The notes under the pieces were generated by a model. That model did no database searches. It worked only from the letters and a program-made list of their open reading frames with translations, and was not told the DNA's origin. A stretch of 64,000 bases of DNA from Antedon mediterranea (Eukaryota > Animalia > Echinodermata): the NCBI RefSeq assembly GCF_964355755.1, contig NC_092676.1, positions 24,136,871-24,200,870 of the forward strand, read 5' to 3'. Made by a program: the position numbers and the translations under genes. Shown here piece after piece: positions 52,301 through 64,000 of this stretch (the stretch's first letter is position 1; each line of letters begins with the position of its first letter).

Positions 52301-55300
52301 ACTAAATAAGACTTGATTTAATAGATATTATACATGTCACATTAAATAGAATTATGATAATATATTTCGCAATTGTAAACTATTTTATAATGCATATTTT
52401 TTAACAAACTAGTGTACATTCACTTTTACAGACAATTATTTACTAATACTAACATGCTAAATTAGTTCACAAAAAAGGCCAAACACAGCAACACCAAAAT
52501 CAACAAATCGTTACTCAGCACTGGCCTATTCTTTACCATTGCCGCGTACTACTCTACGCCCGGTAAATTAAGTATTGTTTTTATGATATAAATTAGTATA
52601 AAATACATGTTATTAATAGGATAAAATGTTAAATGTCATTAACATTTATTTGTTTTACCAGAAACAAGTTAAATATAGGAATATTATTAAACTATCCTTC
52701 GTGAAAACGCGTAAACACCAACACGCCCGGTCACGCTATCGCAGCGCCCGGTTGATAAAGCGAACTGTTTATACGGCAGTTTTTACTAAATAAATTGAAT
52801 AAAACGAATAATTAAATATCCTAATAGCATTTAACATGATGTTGGCATGTAGTTGATAACATTTTTTATCATGAAAATACTACCGGTGGTCCAGCCTTTG
52901 ATTAGTGAAATATTCTTTGCTTGTACCCTTTTCACATCTGCAAAATGTAACAACTTGTAACCAGGTTTGCATAGTGTGAATACTATTTTGTGGAAAAAAC
53001 GACCTCTCATCAGTGTGACCTCTGTGAAATCTCGGGAGAAAAACACATTGATGAGAGGACTGTTTTTGTTTCGAGATGTTCAGAGTTCTTACTGCGCGGA
53101 TGTATTACCCTGGTATTAAACTGACTAATCATAGTAATCAGATTTCTCAGGGTTCTGCGAGAGTTGGATTCGAACCACGATCTTATGATCAGTAGTCCAA
53201 TGTCCAACACACTGAGCCACACGTCGTCTAAATACATTACAGTATAATATGCAAACACCTTCCAAGTTGTATGTTTTACATTTTCTATTTTTATCTTTTA
53301 TTTATGTATAATGTATAATTATTGATGATGTACATATTTATTATATTGTAAGAATGAAACTTAATATATATATATAAAAAAATCAAATACGAAAAGAAAC
53401 AAAAACAGCAATTTCGGTTGCAAAGAAACATTTCAAATACAATGATATTTATATCAATGTACTGAAATGGAAATAAAGGTGAGTGTATCTCAGAAAAGAA
53501 AAAAAAAAACTCTAATAATGATTGAATGATAGCATGGGCATTTGAGATGGACAACTTCATTAAGTTCATTCAAAGTTCCACTTAAACAACATTTTTGTAA
53601 AGGAATAAAGTGTCCCTACTGAACTAAATGAGTGATTTCTGTAGAAACATTTGTGATAGTGAAGATTGCTTTGCCAGTATCGTTACATTTAACATTTAGA
53701 TGAAGACATTGTTAAGTGACTTATTTATTGCGGCATGTTTGTCTTGATTTTGGAAATTGTCTAGTATTGTTAAGAGAAAATCTTAGGTTTGTTAACCTTT
53801 ACTTAGCTGACCACAGACCAACTCTAAAAATGACAGAATAAAAATTACTCTATTAAGCTGAGTTTGATTATAGGCCAATTTCTCCCTATGTTTCTCTCTC
53901 ACAATTTATGATTACCTCTAAAAATGACAGGATAAAAATTACTCTTATAAGCTTAGTTTGTGTTGACTATATAGGCCAATTTCTCCCTGTGTTTCTTTCT
54001 CACAATTCATGATTACCTCTAAAAATGACAGGATAAAAATTACTCTTTTAAACTGAGTTTACGTTGACTATAGGCCAATTCCTCTTTGTGTTTCTCTTTC
54101 ACAAATTACGATTACCTCTAAAAATGGCTGAATAAAAATTACTCTTTTAAGCTGATTTTGTGTTGACTATAGACCAATTCTTCCTTGTGTTTCTTTCTCA
54201 CAATTCATGAATACAGTACTTCTAAAAATTACTGAATACAAATTACTCTTTTAAGCGAAGTTTGTGTTGACTAAATAGGTCAATTTCTCCCTGTGTTTTT
54301 TTTTCTCACAATTTATGATTACCTCTAAAATAGTAGGATAAAAATTACTCTTTTAAGCTGAGTTTGTGCTGACTATAGGCCAATTCCTCCTTGTGTTTCT
54401 CACAATTTATGATTACAGCTCTAAAAATGACTAGATCAAAATTACTCGTTTAAGCTTGTGTTGACTACAATTCATTTTCTCTAAAAATCACAGACTAAAT
54501 GTTTCTCGCTTTCATAGAAAAATTGGATTAAAGACTCTCTGCAGTGGCATTAAGAAAACGCCAACTTAAGAATAGTCCCTCAATCCTCTTAAAATTGCTG
54601 ACTAAAGGCTTTCTCTCCTTCGATTAAACAAAAGTTTCTGGAATAAAATAATTACACATTCCTTAACACCTCATTTTAAAATTCACTGACATATTGAGTT
54701 ATACTGTCTTTACATCAACTTGTTTATTGTGTTTTCTGTAGCAGGTCATCATCAGTAAAGAAACAAAACTGACTGCTACACCTGATTAACCTATTTCATT
54801 AACTTAGATGTAAGATGACAAATTCGCAGGCAATGAAATGTGTTACGATGTGCTTTAACTGGCCTAACTTTGCCCTACTGAACATGAATTATTTTATTTA
54901 TAGCATTTCTCAATCACACATTTCTTTTAAGGATAATAATTCACTTCACCAACGCTACTACATTATGTGTGTGTCAAGTCGGTATAACCAATCATTTAAC
55001 TTTACCAGTGATGCGGGATAATTTTTGGTCAAATATCAATTCTTGGTTGATAGCATAAGACGTGATAAAATAAGAAAGGCTTCTGTGTCAAAATTGACCG
55101 TAACAAATCCAAACATGCTTCACATTTTAATGTATTTATCATGTTGCATTTTTTTTCATTTTAAAGAGCTTTTCTGGAATGTATAATTGGTCACTATCAA
55201 TAATTTAATGTCTATCCCCAGAGCATTGAATTATTTCAACTCATGTTTTGAAGTCACATTCTAAACCTGTAGACAAATTTTATAATATCACTGTTTCTCA

Positions 55301-58300
55301 AGTGTGTGATGTTTATACAAGGCAGGAAATCAATATCCATGTAAAATGTATATACATTTTGAATTCAAAGCTATAAATAAATTGCACATATTTAATTTAT
55401 AGTTTTGCCAACTTTCGAAGTGTGAAGTAACGTAGGTTTTTCACAGAGCTAATTAACATTGCAGTATGCTAAGTACAATCTTTTAAACCGTTCTAGCAAT
55501 AGTAGTTATGAGTCAATACAATATTTGACAGTTGTCTGCATACAAAGTTTGGCATAAAGGTTGAAAACCATCAATTGAACACAAGTGTGAAACAAGTGTG
55601 TTCTGTAATTGGTGTTGTATAATGCTGTTAAAGACCCCTTCCCTGCAATTTTGGACGTTTTTTGGAAAATAATACATATATATCACTTTAAAAACATTAA
55701 ACCATGTCATTTCTTGTCTTAAATGTACGTTTTATGGTAAATTATGATAAAAAGTGAGAAACAATGCATTACCTAAGTAGCTCGCGGCGATCGACCTCTC
55801 GTGGACGGTCTTAGGCCTAGCCTAGCTAGGCTTAGTTTTGTAGGCCTAGCTGGTAAACATCGGTAACGTACGAACATCGTACGCGAGCTATATACCTAGC
55901 CTGACGTTGTATAGTTGCTGCATTAATTGTCTTTCTATTTTTGCCAGACTCCGTTGATACAAATTGGGGAAAACCCGGTATTTTCGCTGAAAAGTTAGGA
56001 GTCTTTCATTTGTTTTGGCCTCACGATCGATCGAAAAGTGGGCGAATTACAGGTGAAAAACAAAAATATCAATCCGCGCGCAATGCATTTTGGGATTTAT
56101 AGCGGGCCGCTATAATTATTAGAATCGACTTATTTTTCACATTTTTAACCAAATTTTAAAGACGAAAAAAGTTATCGCAATAGGACCATATAGTATTATT
56201 TTTACATTAAATATAGTTTGTGATCTTAAATTAGATCTAAAAAACGTAGGGAATGGGGCTTTAAATAAAGAAAGTTACAGTAAAGCACTTAAGCTCAGTC
56301 TACACTATCTTTGTGACAAAAAAAATTGGTGTGCCCATATATGGACATGATTTTGGCATATCACTACCATATTTGGGCACATCACACTTTTTAGTTTGAT
56401 AGTGAAGACAGAGCTTTAGATAGAAGTAACCAAGATAATATGCCTGTAACATAATACATAATCATACATTTATCTATAATCAAATGCAGCATACATTCAA
56501 TGTTAATATTATCAAGTTATTTTTTTTCATAACATTTATTTATAGACAATAAAATACAATGTAATAAAAATAATGATATAAGGTCAGAGTTTGAAGGCAA
56601 ACACATATTGAAACAAGTTTTTCTTTTTTACAATCAGATGCTGTTAGTCGTGCTGAATCAATTGCGACCGTCGACCAAAGTGGTGACAACAGTGTGTCGT
56701 ATCCTCCCTGGATAGCAACCCGTAATCGCAAAGTTCAAACTCCTAAACTCATCACTGACGAAAATGTAGAAGAGAGGCAGGATATATTGGATAACCTTCA
56801 ATACGAGATTGAAACATTGGTAAGGACTGATTCTTTTTTTTGTTGGTTATTAATCTGCTATGGTGTTGATGATAATTGCAGTGTACACATTTATTGTCTA
56901 CCATTAGGGAGAAATAAATATCACTTCATTTCTGCAGGTCGTAAATCTTTATTTGAGAAATCTTCTGATATATTATTCTGTATCGTAGATTAAAACATAC
57001 TACTCACGACAATACACTTTAATCTTTATAGAGTTTTAATCTTGTATCTTTTCAAATTAATTAATTAAATCTTAGTATATCACAGGGCGGTTTAGAATCC
57101 ATGTTCTGTGTATGTTTTGTTTATATAAATAAAAGTATCTCTTCAAAGATCCTGCTTCGTGAATAAAAATACTGTAAATATGAGGGTGTATCAATTTGAT
57201 CTCTTATCCGAGCGTGTACAATTGAGACTAGTGTTATTCCGCCTTACCACACAGAGAGTGTTAAATAGTCCACGCTATCCAATTGGATTTGAACAATACC
57301 ATGAAAGCCCCAGTGGCCTAATGGTGAGGACATCTGCATATCAAGCAGAAGGTTCCGGGTTCGAATCTCGGTTGGGACGACCTTTCTCATTCTCACAGAT
57401 TTCCTCATCTTTATTTTTTGTAATGAATTAATACATTTTTACCGCATCACATTTAGAATATATTCTTTGCCTGTGATGTATATATTTTATGTGTATGCTT
57501 CTTTGTCATTGTTAGTCATCTTTTTTTTTAAATCACCCTTATCTATTTATCATTGTTCATATATAATTTAAACTATCTATTTTGTAGGAGGAACGTACAA
57601 TTAGGCAACTCTATGCTGGATTGAATCAGATTTACCCAACATATAAAGAAAGGAGGTTTTTAAAGAAGAGCAAAGTACAACCTAAACAAGAAAATAAAAA
57701 GGTAGGAACCAAAATAAATCCTTATTTTTATGGTTTCAACCATTAGGAGTCCCAGTGTGGTCCTTGCTCCTGTCAGTAACTACACTATGGTTAAAGCATT
57801 CCTAAATTCTGTATAGTTGAAGAAATCCCTGTCAATTCCTGTCTCAACAGAATTCCAATCCGTAACAAACATGTTTTAAAAATATTTAACACACCTACAG
57901 GTACTTTAATTTGACAAATTCTTTTTTGATTTGTACTATATTGTAAGTTCTTTGAGCCAAGTCTATATTTTTCAATGATTATAATACTTAAGTTGAATTA
58001 TGGTTTTTGTCTTAGGTTAAAAAAAAATCTAGGAAAATAAATCTTGAATCATTGGATCGTTTGTCAAAACCTGAGCCACGTGCATTCTTAGCAGTACACG
58101 ACAGTAACTGTGATGCGAGACTGATTGGTTCAGGATTTAAGCAATTGCGTGGTAAACACAACCGCCGTGTACTGTCGCTAGATGATCACACAAGTTCCGA
58201 AAATCTTGATCATGCGCACAAGAGACATGGAAGCGTTAGTAGCGCAGATGAAACCAGTATGAAAACGTTTGAATCTTCGCGGCATTCTTGGTTTATGAAT

Positions 58301-58768
58301 CTTCATAAGAGTACGCATTTACATGACTACGATCGGGAAAAATATAAAAACATGCGGTTTGGGACAGCTGCAGTGCTTTACGAGCATTTTCATTGCGATA
58401 ACAAAGAGCAGATACTAGATAATGAATGCAATGTTAGAAAAGTTGATGATGCACTAGATGTTGCAATCGACGGACAACACAACGATGCCATCAGTAATAA
58501 AAGCGAACCAAGACCGAATTCAACAAACATGTTGCATCGATTGTTGAATGTAGATCATTCAGTAATGAGTAATTATCAATCTGTAGATCCACGAAACGCA
58601 CAACGTGAGAAAGCGCTTATTACTAGAAGATTAAATTCATACGATGATGATGAATTGAAAATGAATGGTATTTTACTAAGTGAGATTGATAAATTGACAA
58701 TTAAACAAGATTTGGAAAAAGTTCCAGTTGGGAAAAGAAGTTCATTGCCTGCATTGACAACACGTTGA
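40301..58768 (+). CDS. Uncharacterised protein with a degenerate calmodulin-like EF-hand pair, ~670-715 aa
   Basis: Phase-consistent exons: 40301-40356, 40711-40732, 40846-40911, 41363-41493, 42215-42317, 42784-42899, 43352-43427, 43710-43871, 44475-44627, [45781-45867 or 45889], 46429-46513, [49223-49258], 56638-56819, 57588-57701, 58016-58768. The EF-like region reads ELNDVRIAFQVYEAADMRGMVLDQHTLMRTLKLC...SFDEPERIQFYEFLDLL. Bracketed exons and the first exons are less certain. Confidence 0.78.
41503..42172. repeat. 28-bp intronic minisatellite, about 23 copies
   Basis: Unit TAACACTGGTCACTTGCTAAAATCCTCA, filling nearly all of intron 41494-42214. Confidence 0.95.
44895..45055. mobile_element. 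MITE family A copy, near full length
   Basis: Same TIRs with internal ATATCACTACCAT repeats. Confidence 0.85.
47429..48870 (+). mobile_element. Helentron/HINE-like non-autonomous element
   Basis: Subterminal inverted repeats TTGATTCTGTCAGAATCTTTAT (47443) and ATAAAGATTCTGAGAAAATCAA (about 48759), a (TTTA)n tract, and a 3' hairpin AATTCGTCA-TAG-TGACGAATT followed by CTAGTT. Confidence 0.65.
50252..50512. mobile_element. Degenerate Tc1/pogo-like MITE
   Basis: Repeated CCTCGAATAAAC(G)C motifs, ending TTCGAATAAATACAGTA. Confidence 0.45.
53140..53228 (-). mobile_element. tRNA-derived SINE head
   Basis: TGGCTCAGTGTGTTGG (A box-like) and GGTTCGAATCC (B box), without a paired acceptor stem. Confidence 0.55.
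53822..54500. repeat. ~100-bp tandem repeat, about 7 diverged copies
   Basis: CTCTAAAAATGACAGGATAAAAATTACTCTTTTAAGCTGAG...CACAATTTATGATTAC recurs about every 100 bp. Confidence 0.92.
55632..56260. mobile_element. Kolobok-like non-autonomous element, copy 3
   Basis: Near-identical to 10013-10638 with the same TIRs and TTAA flanks. Confidence 0.85.
57307..57378 (+). pseudogene. tRNA-like cloverleaf with ATC anticodon (tRNA-derived repeat head or pseudogene)
   Basis: A-box TGGCCTAATGG, arm TCTGC-ATATCAA-GCAGA, T arm CCGGG-TTCGAAT-CTCGG, and an acceptor stem with one mismatch. Confidence 0.55.
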
Positions 58769-60942
58769 AAAAAATACTACACAAGGGGATATTTCTTGAA
58801 ATGCTGCCTTAGCATGTCTACTGGTCCTTGCCTGTCTGTTGCTTCAGGCTACTCAGTAATTCAAGAAAATGGAAATTCCTTTTTTTTTTGCGTGATGATT
58901 TTTTATATTTGATTTCACTTACTGTATTTATTTTCGCGAAGTGACAAGTAATAGGTTAATATTACTGTGATTGTATAAAGTGCAATTTTCTAAATTATTA
59001 ATATATAAAAATGATTATCAATAATAAACATATAGTAGATATATATATATAGGAAAATTAATGAAATATTTATATATATATATATATATAAAACAACGTT
59101 TATCATACGTGCCTATATATGTTTGAATTAAATGTAGATGTGGTTGAGGGTTAACACAGATTTCTCGTGTATGTCTTGTAACTTCTATCTCAATCATCAA
59201 CCAATCACAATAGTCCTAATTGATTACATCTCGATATTAAGTTAGCAATTATCAAACATCATCATAATCATATGTTGCCATCACATCGTCATTATCAAGA
59301 TCTTTAAATCACCTTGACCATCGAAACGATTAGCAAAACTTATACTGCATCATTTAGAGTCCACAACACTTTCTAGCCTAAAGCTCTGTCTACCAAACTA
59401 GTTTGACCAAAAAAAAGTGTGATGTGCCCAAATTATAGTAGTGATATGACATCATCGTATTATGGGCACATCACACTTTTTGTTAGTGTAGATAGGCTTA
59501 AAATACTCACTATTGTATAAATATACAAGACGGTAAATAAATAATTTTTTTCTTCAGTTTACATTATATTCAATTTTTTTTTGTTTTATTTAGAGCTGTA
59601 AACCTCAATATAACACAATATATTATTTGAAACTTAGGACGAAACAATTGAACAAAACGCTATCTAATAATTCAAATACAATACATTTTTACATTTTCTT
59701 ACATGCCTAATGTATGTGACGATCAATGAAATGATATTATAATGATGTGCATAATTATATTTAACAACCAACCAATTAAAATACTGTAAAACCACAATGT
59801 CCACCTGGGTTTTCTCAGTTTCTATAGTAACCCTGAATAACATTAAAATGCAACAAGACGCAAGCAATCACCCAGAAAACAAAGATATAGCATAAGTTAT
59901 ACAATTATTGATATACTTCATCTTCAATACAGTAAAAACAGAGAACAGTTATACTAATGATGAACATAGCAAAATGAGCTAGTTATTTTGAGGTTTTTAC
60001 CTTAATGGAATCGTTTGTGTGTACTTAAAAAAAAAATTGATTTACTTTCTCTCTTTTATCGTGTTTGACCATATAAATGTATCCAATAAATCAACCAACC
60101 GCGTCAAACATCACATTATCGCATAGTCCAGGTTCTAGATTTGGCTTAACTATATTTCTGAAACATGTTGGCATACACGGCGTGTCATAACTATTCTTTA
60201 GCTGGTTTGGATTGGAGGGAAAAAAGAGAGAAACCATAATCTTTGGGCAACTTTGATTATTGTATTGCTGCCATTTTATTGGATTTGAGTCAGAGCATTA
60301 TATCCTGAATTGGCTGGTAGATGTGGAATAAGTGATCCAAAATGCAGGTATTTCTCCATGATAGAACTATTTTGACAAGATTAAAAATTAGATTAAAGTA
60401 TTAATTCAGATTAAATTATCATCGAGGGTCGTCACTTGATGGACAATGTCTGCGTTAAAACATGCAGAAATATGCCCATAGTTAGAAATACAGTAGGCCT
60501 ACAAAGATCAGGAGGAAAATACTGTAATAATTAATGCTATGTAAACATAAACATAATATTTCATAAAAATAAGGTGAAAAGAAATTGGTCTTTGTGCGTT
60601 ATCTCTTTGATTAATGTGTCTTTTTTTCTCTTTAGCCTACAGAAAAATTCAACAACCGTGCTTGGACGGTCGGTGTCCTCACATTTCCAACTTAGAATGT
60701 TTAACATACGTGAGGGCAATTTCGATGTGGTCATTTTCAAAATATTCTCTCCTTTTTCAAATATCTCGCTCTTTCCAAATTACATTTGGTCATGCCCGGT
60801 GAAGTACTCCGCTCTGGTCGTTAACTTTAGGGTGCTGGACAATTAATTCAGTGCCTCATAATTACAACATTTAGGTATCAAAGCATGATGTTCACATCGC
60901 GGCTTTGGGATGAAGTTCTTCTTGGTCAGACAAGTATACTTG

Positions 60943-62884
60943 TTAGGCCTGCATCACAACATTCGCGCTCTGGTCGTTGTCTGTGGTGTACAAGTGTTGA
61001 AATTTACTGTCCAGATGTGGACAACTCACACTAGTTTGTAGCGAAGACGGTGAAATAACCCTGTCTGTGTCGTTGGAATTTTGTTGTATGTCATCTTGTT
61101 GTGGACATTGAAGTAAATGTGGCGTCTGCCTATCATCATCATCATCGACGATGTTTAGATTTTCCTTTGACCAGCATCCTAGATTGATGCTGCTGTCGCT
61201 CTCGCGTCGCTGCTCGTATCTGTTGGGACGCCTGAAAGAACCGATCATAGACATTTTTTAATACTGTACATCGGCCAAAATTTACCAAATTGTTTTTTAT
61301 AAACAAACTCCAAAGTTTAGTTTAAACTAAGACAAAAGTACAAACTTTAGTTTGCAAACTTGAGAAAACCTTTGCAAACAACAATTTTGTAAATTTGGCT
61401 AATGTAGACCAGGCCGATGTACAGTATAAAGTTTAGTGTAAACAAGAAATATTTCTTACAAAAAAAAACGCTGCTCGACATTTTAAAATTAATCATTGTT
61501 CTTTCTTCAGATATATTTATGATTAATTATTAAAATGATGTCCTTTAATCGCAAAAATACATACAAATCAAAGATAGTTCTTTAATTATGAATCATATTG
61601 TTTTCAATGTTTTCTCAAGTGTGCAAACTGAAGTTTGAAGACTTTTTCTTTGACAAACTAAACTTTATAGGCCTACATTGGTCTGGTCTACATTAGCAAA
61701 ATTTACAAAATTTTTGTTTGCAAAGGTTTTCTTAAGTGTTCAAACTACAGTTTGTAGACTTTTGTCTTTTACACTAAACTTTATACATCGGCCTGGTCTA
61801 CATTAGCAAAATTTACCAAATTGTTGTTTGCAAATGTTTCTCAAGTGTGCAAACTACAGTTTTTAGACTTGTTTTCAAGCTGCTGCTCTCTAGCCAGCTA
61901 CGTCCCATGAGGACTACTCATTCAGAAGCTAAAGCAAGCAGCAGTTATATTATCTAAGGCCGACAGTTTTGCGACTTTGTAACTCGACTATAATTTATAG
62001 ATCCCAGCTGCTGGATCCAAAAAACGTCTGGGAAAAGAGAGTCTATGACTTATCTCACTTGTACCATCGTGAAGTTACGTTGTCTCTAGAGGGTATTCAG
62101 TTGCATGCCTACAGGTTGAGGTCACACACATACAGCACAATAAAGTTCAAAATTGACCATTTTTAAATGGACATATGATTCATAATTAAAGAACTATCTT
62201 TGATTTGTATGTATTTTTGCGATTAAAGGGCATCATTTTAATAATTAATCATTTAATATATCTGAAGAAAGAACAATGATTAATTTTAAAATGTCGAGCA
62301 GCGTTTTTTGTAAGAAATATTCTTGTTTACACTAAACTTTATACTGTACATCGGCCTGGTCTACATTAGCCAAATTGTTGTTTGCAAAGGTTTTCTCAAG
62401 TGTGCAAAATAAAATTTGTACTTTTGTCTTAGTTTAAACTAAACTTGGGAGTTTGTTAAAAAATGTTGTTAAAATGATAAAGGAGCTCATGGAACAACTG
62501 GAGAAGTACAATTAGAAGAGGTTATAGGAAAAAAAGAGAAGTTGAAAAATAAGTCGATGAAAGAGCTTGATGAGAAGAGGAGGAGAAAGCTAATTACGAA
62601 AATTGGAGAGTGTAACTGCAAGGTACAAATGAATACAGTCCATCCAAGAATTTATAGAGGAAAACAAGTTAGTTTATGATTCATGATATCTTTCTGTAAC
62701 ACTTTCCACTTTTTTCAATTAAGCCTTACTTTAAATCAGAGGCCGATCCAGAATGTGTTCGGTTTGACAATCGACCCTCATCTATCGGTAGAAGACAATA
62801 TGATGGACAGAGCTCAGCAACCTCTTTTGGTGGATGCCGTGTTGTTCGACCTTTCAACCAATATGTTAACATTCCACCTTTACC
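60943..62884 (-). CDS. 3' end of a guanylate cyclase (probably receptor-type), last two exons
   Basis: Exon 62884-62730 begins GKGGMLTYWLKG, the class III cyclase C-terminal GKGxMxTYWL motif, right after acceptor TTTCAG. It splices in phase 2 to exon 61231-60943 (RPNRYEQRRESDSS...NVVMQA*). Upstream catalytic exons were not found in the window. Confidence 0.8.
61300..62455. repeat. ~300-bp inverted repeat (foldback-like) with internal tandem units
   Basis: 61300-61598 is the reverse complement of about 62174-62455. The spacer holds about 115-bp copies of part of the arm. Confidence 0.88.
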
Positions 62885-63120
62885 CTGAAATGAACAACGT
62901 AAACTGAGTTAAAAAAATAAGTTGATGCTATTAAAACATTACGTCAACGTTCGACACATTGGATTGTGCCAGGCCACGTGTAAATGTTTCATCGTAGTCT
63001 GCAGTGTGAGAGTCATCGTGCCTTTATCATTATTAGGCATTACCGTTTTTCGTCGCTGCAATTACAGTTTTATGTATATCAACAGCACAAAGTTGATCAA
63101 TAACGGTACACTTAGAGACT

Positions 63121-63282
63121 AAAAAGGTAAAGGTGAGTCCCGTGTTCATTCTGAACGTACGGGAATTAGCTGTTAGGAGCTCATTGTACTAAGCCTCGGT
63201 ATTATGTCGTAGGGTGGCCAGTTCCTTTCCACGCCGTCTTTTCTCCCTAGAATTTTCAACCAGGTACTCATTTGCATCTGTA
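63121..63282 (-). mobile_element. SINE fragment with (TTTACC)n-type tail
   Basis: AAAGGTAAAGGT tail and CCAGGTACTCATTT core-like motif on the plus strand. Confidence 0.45.
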
Positions 63283-64000
63283 TGACAGTCACGTGTCCTC
63301 TAAAAACTCGGCAACTCCATTTAGGGACTACATTGCAATTTATTTGTACTGCATCTCTAAATTGTGTCTATTTTGTTCTTATAATATATGTGTTCTTGGC
63401 ATACGCTTTATATGTATGTATGTTTTTTTTTTTTGTAAACTGTATAATTGATTGTTAATATTACTCTATTGGAAATTATTGTTCAGCTGTAAGTCATCCT
63501 AGCAGCTGGTCCTAATTTGTTTTTCGAATAATAATTCATTAAATTTAGAAGCTGCTTCCGTTGTAAAAATTCAGATTACATTGTTATAGATCAATTTTTC
63601 TTTTATTCGTCATTACTCAATTAGAAAATAATTAGCAACCCGTCATGTCAATCTTGACATATTGTAATCTACAGTGTTATACAATGTGACGTCACGAATG
63701 TAATGAACATTCCCTGGCAAATGATATAATAAACTTACTCCAGACACTCTCCGAGTAACGTGTTCGAATACAAATAAATCAGGTAATACAATGATTGGTG
63801 ATCTGGTTGCCAAAAGCACTCGTGTTATTATTACTAACTGTATCAGATAACGTCAGATACAAAGTAGAGATTTTATCGTTTTGTATGTTCTATGTGACAT
63901 TTACAATTGGTTTGGAGAGCTCTATTCGTTTTACCGTATAATAATACTTTCTTACGTTAGGAGATTTTGTTACAGCCTAATTCGGTGAAATCTGAGATGG

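Noticed and set aside
57159-57431. 90-aa ORF in EF-hand gene intron
   Set aside because: It overlaps a tRNA-derived element and does not fit the exon chain.
62943-63055. Candidate upstream cyclase exon on the minus strand
   Set aside because: The open frame ends in phase 2 while the GKG exon needs phase 0, and no cyclase motif is present.
63739-63837. 99-nt minus-strand exon-like stretch with GTAAGT donor
   Set aside because: The translation LVIITRVLLATRSP... has no similarity to the cyclase domain and nothing else supports it.

Overview
AT-rich, intron-containing metazoan genomic DNA, probably from an invertebrate deuterostome (inference). There is no prokaryotic content and no CRISPR array. 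Four genes can be assembled by hand from GT-AG junctions with consistent phases. (1) A minus-strand RASSF8/RASSF7 gene, CDS 7193-6071 plus 5419-5331. (2) Head-to-head with it, a plus-strand lamin-like intermediate-filament gene of about 790 aa (about 23165-29955). Its tail resembles vertebrate LMNTD1, but it keeps a full lamin-length rod and lamin intron positions and has no CaaX. (3) An uncharacterised plus-strand EF-hand-like gene (40301-58768) with an RFX X-box upstream. (4) The last two exons of a minus-strand guanylate cyclase (62884-60943). The window also holds two degenerate tRNA-Val(AAC) copies, a tRNA-like ATC element, three near-identical TTAA-flanked Kolobok-like elements, about 14 copies of one MITE, Helitron/Helentron-like elements, SINE and L2 fragments, several minisatellites and a roughly 300-bp inverted repeat. 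The best lead is the divergent RASSF8 / rod-bearing LMNTD pair with an X-box-linked alternative promoter. Comparisons to human proteins, exon sizes and synteny are from memory, not from a search.
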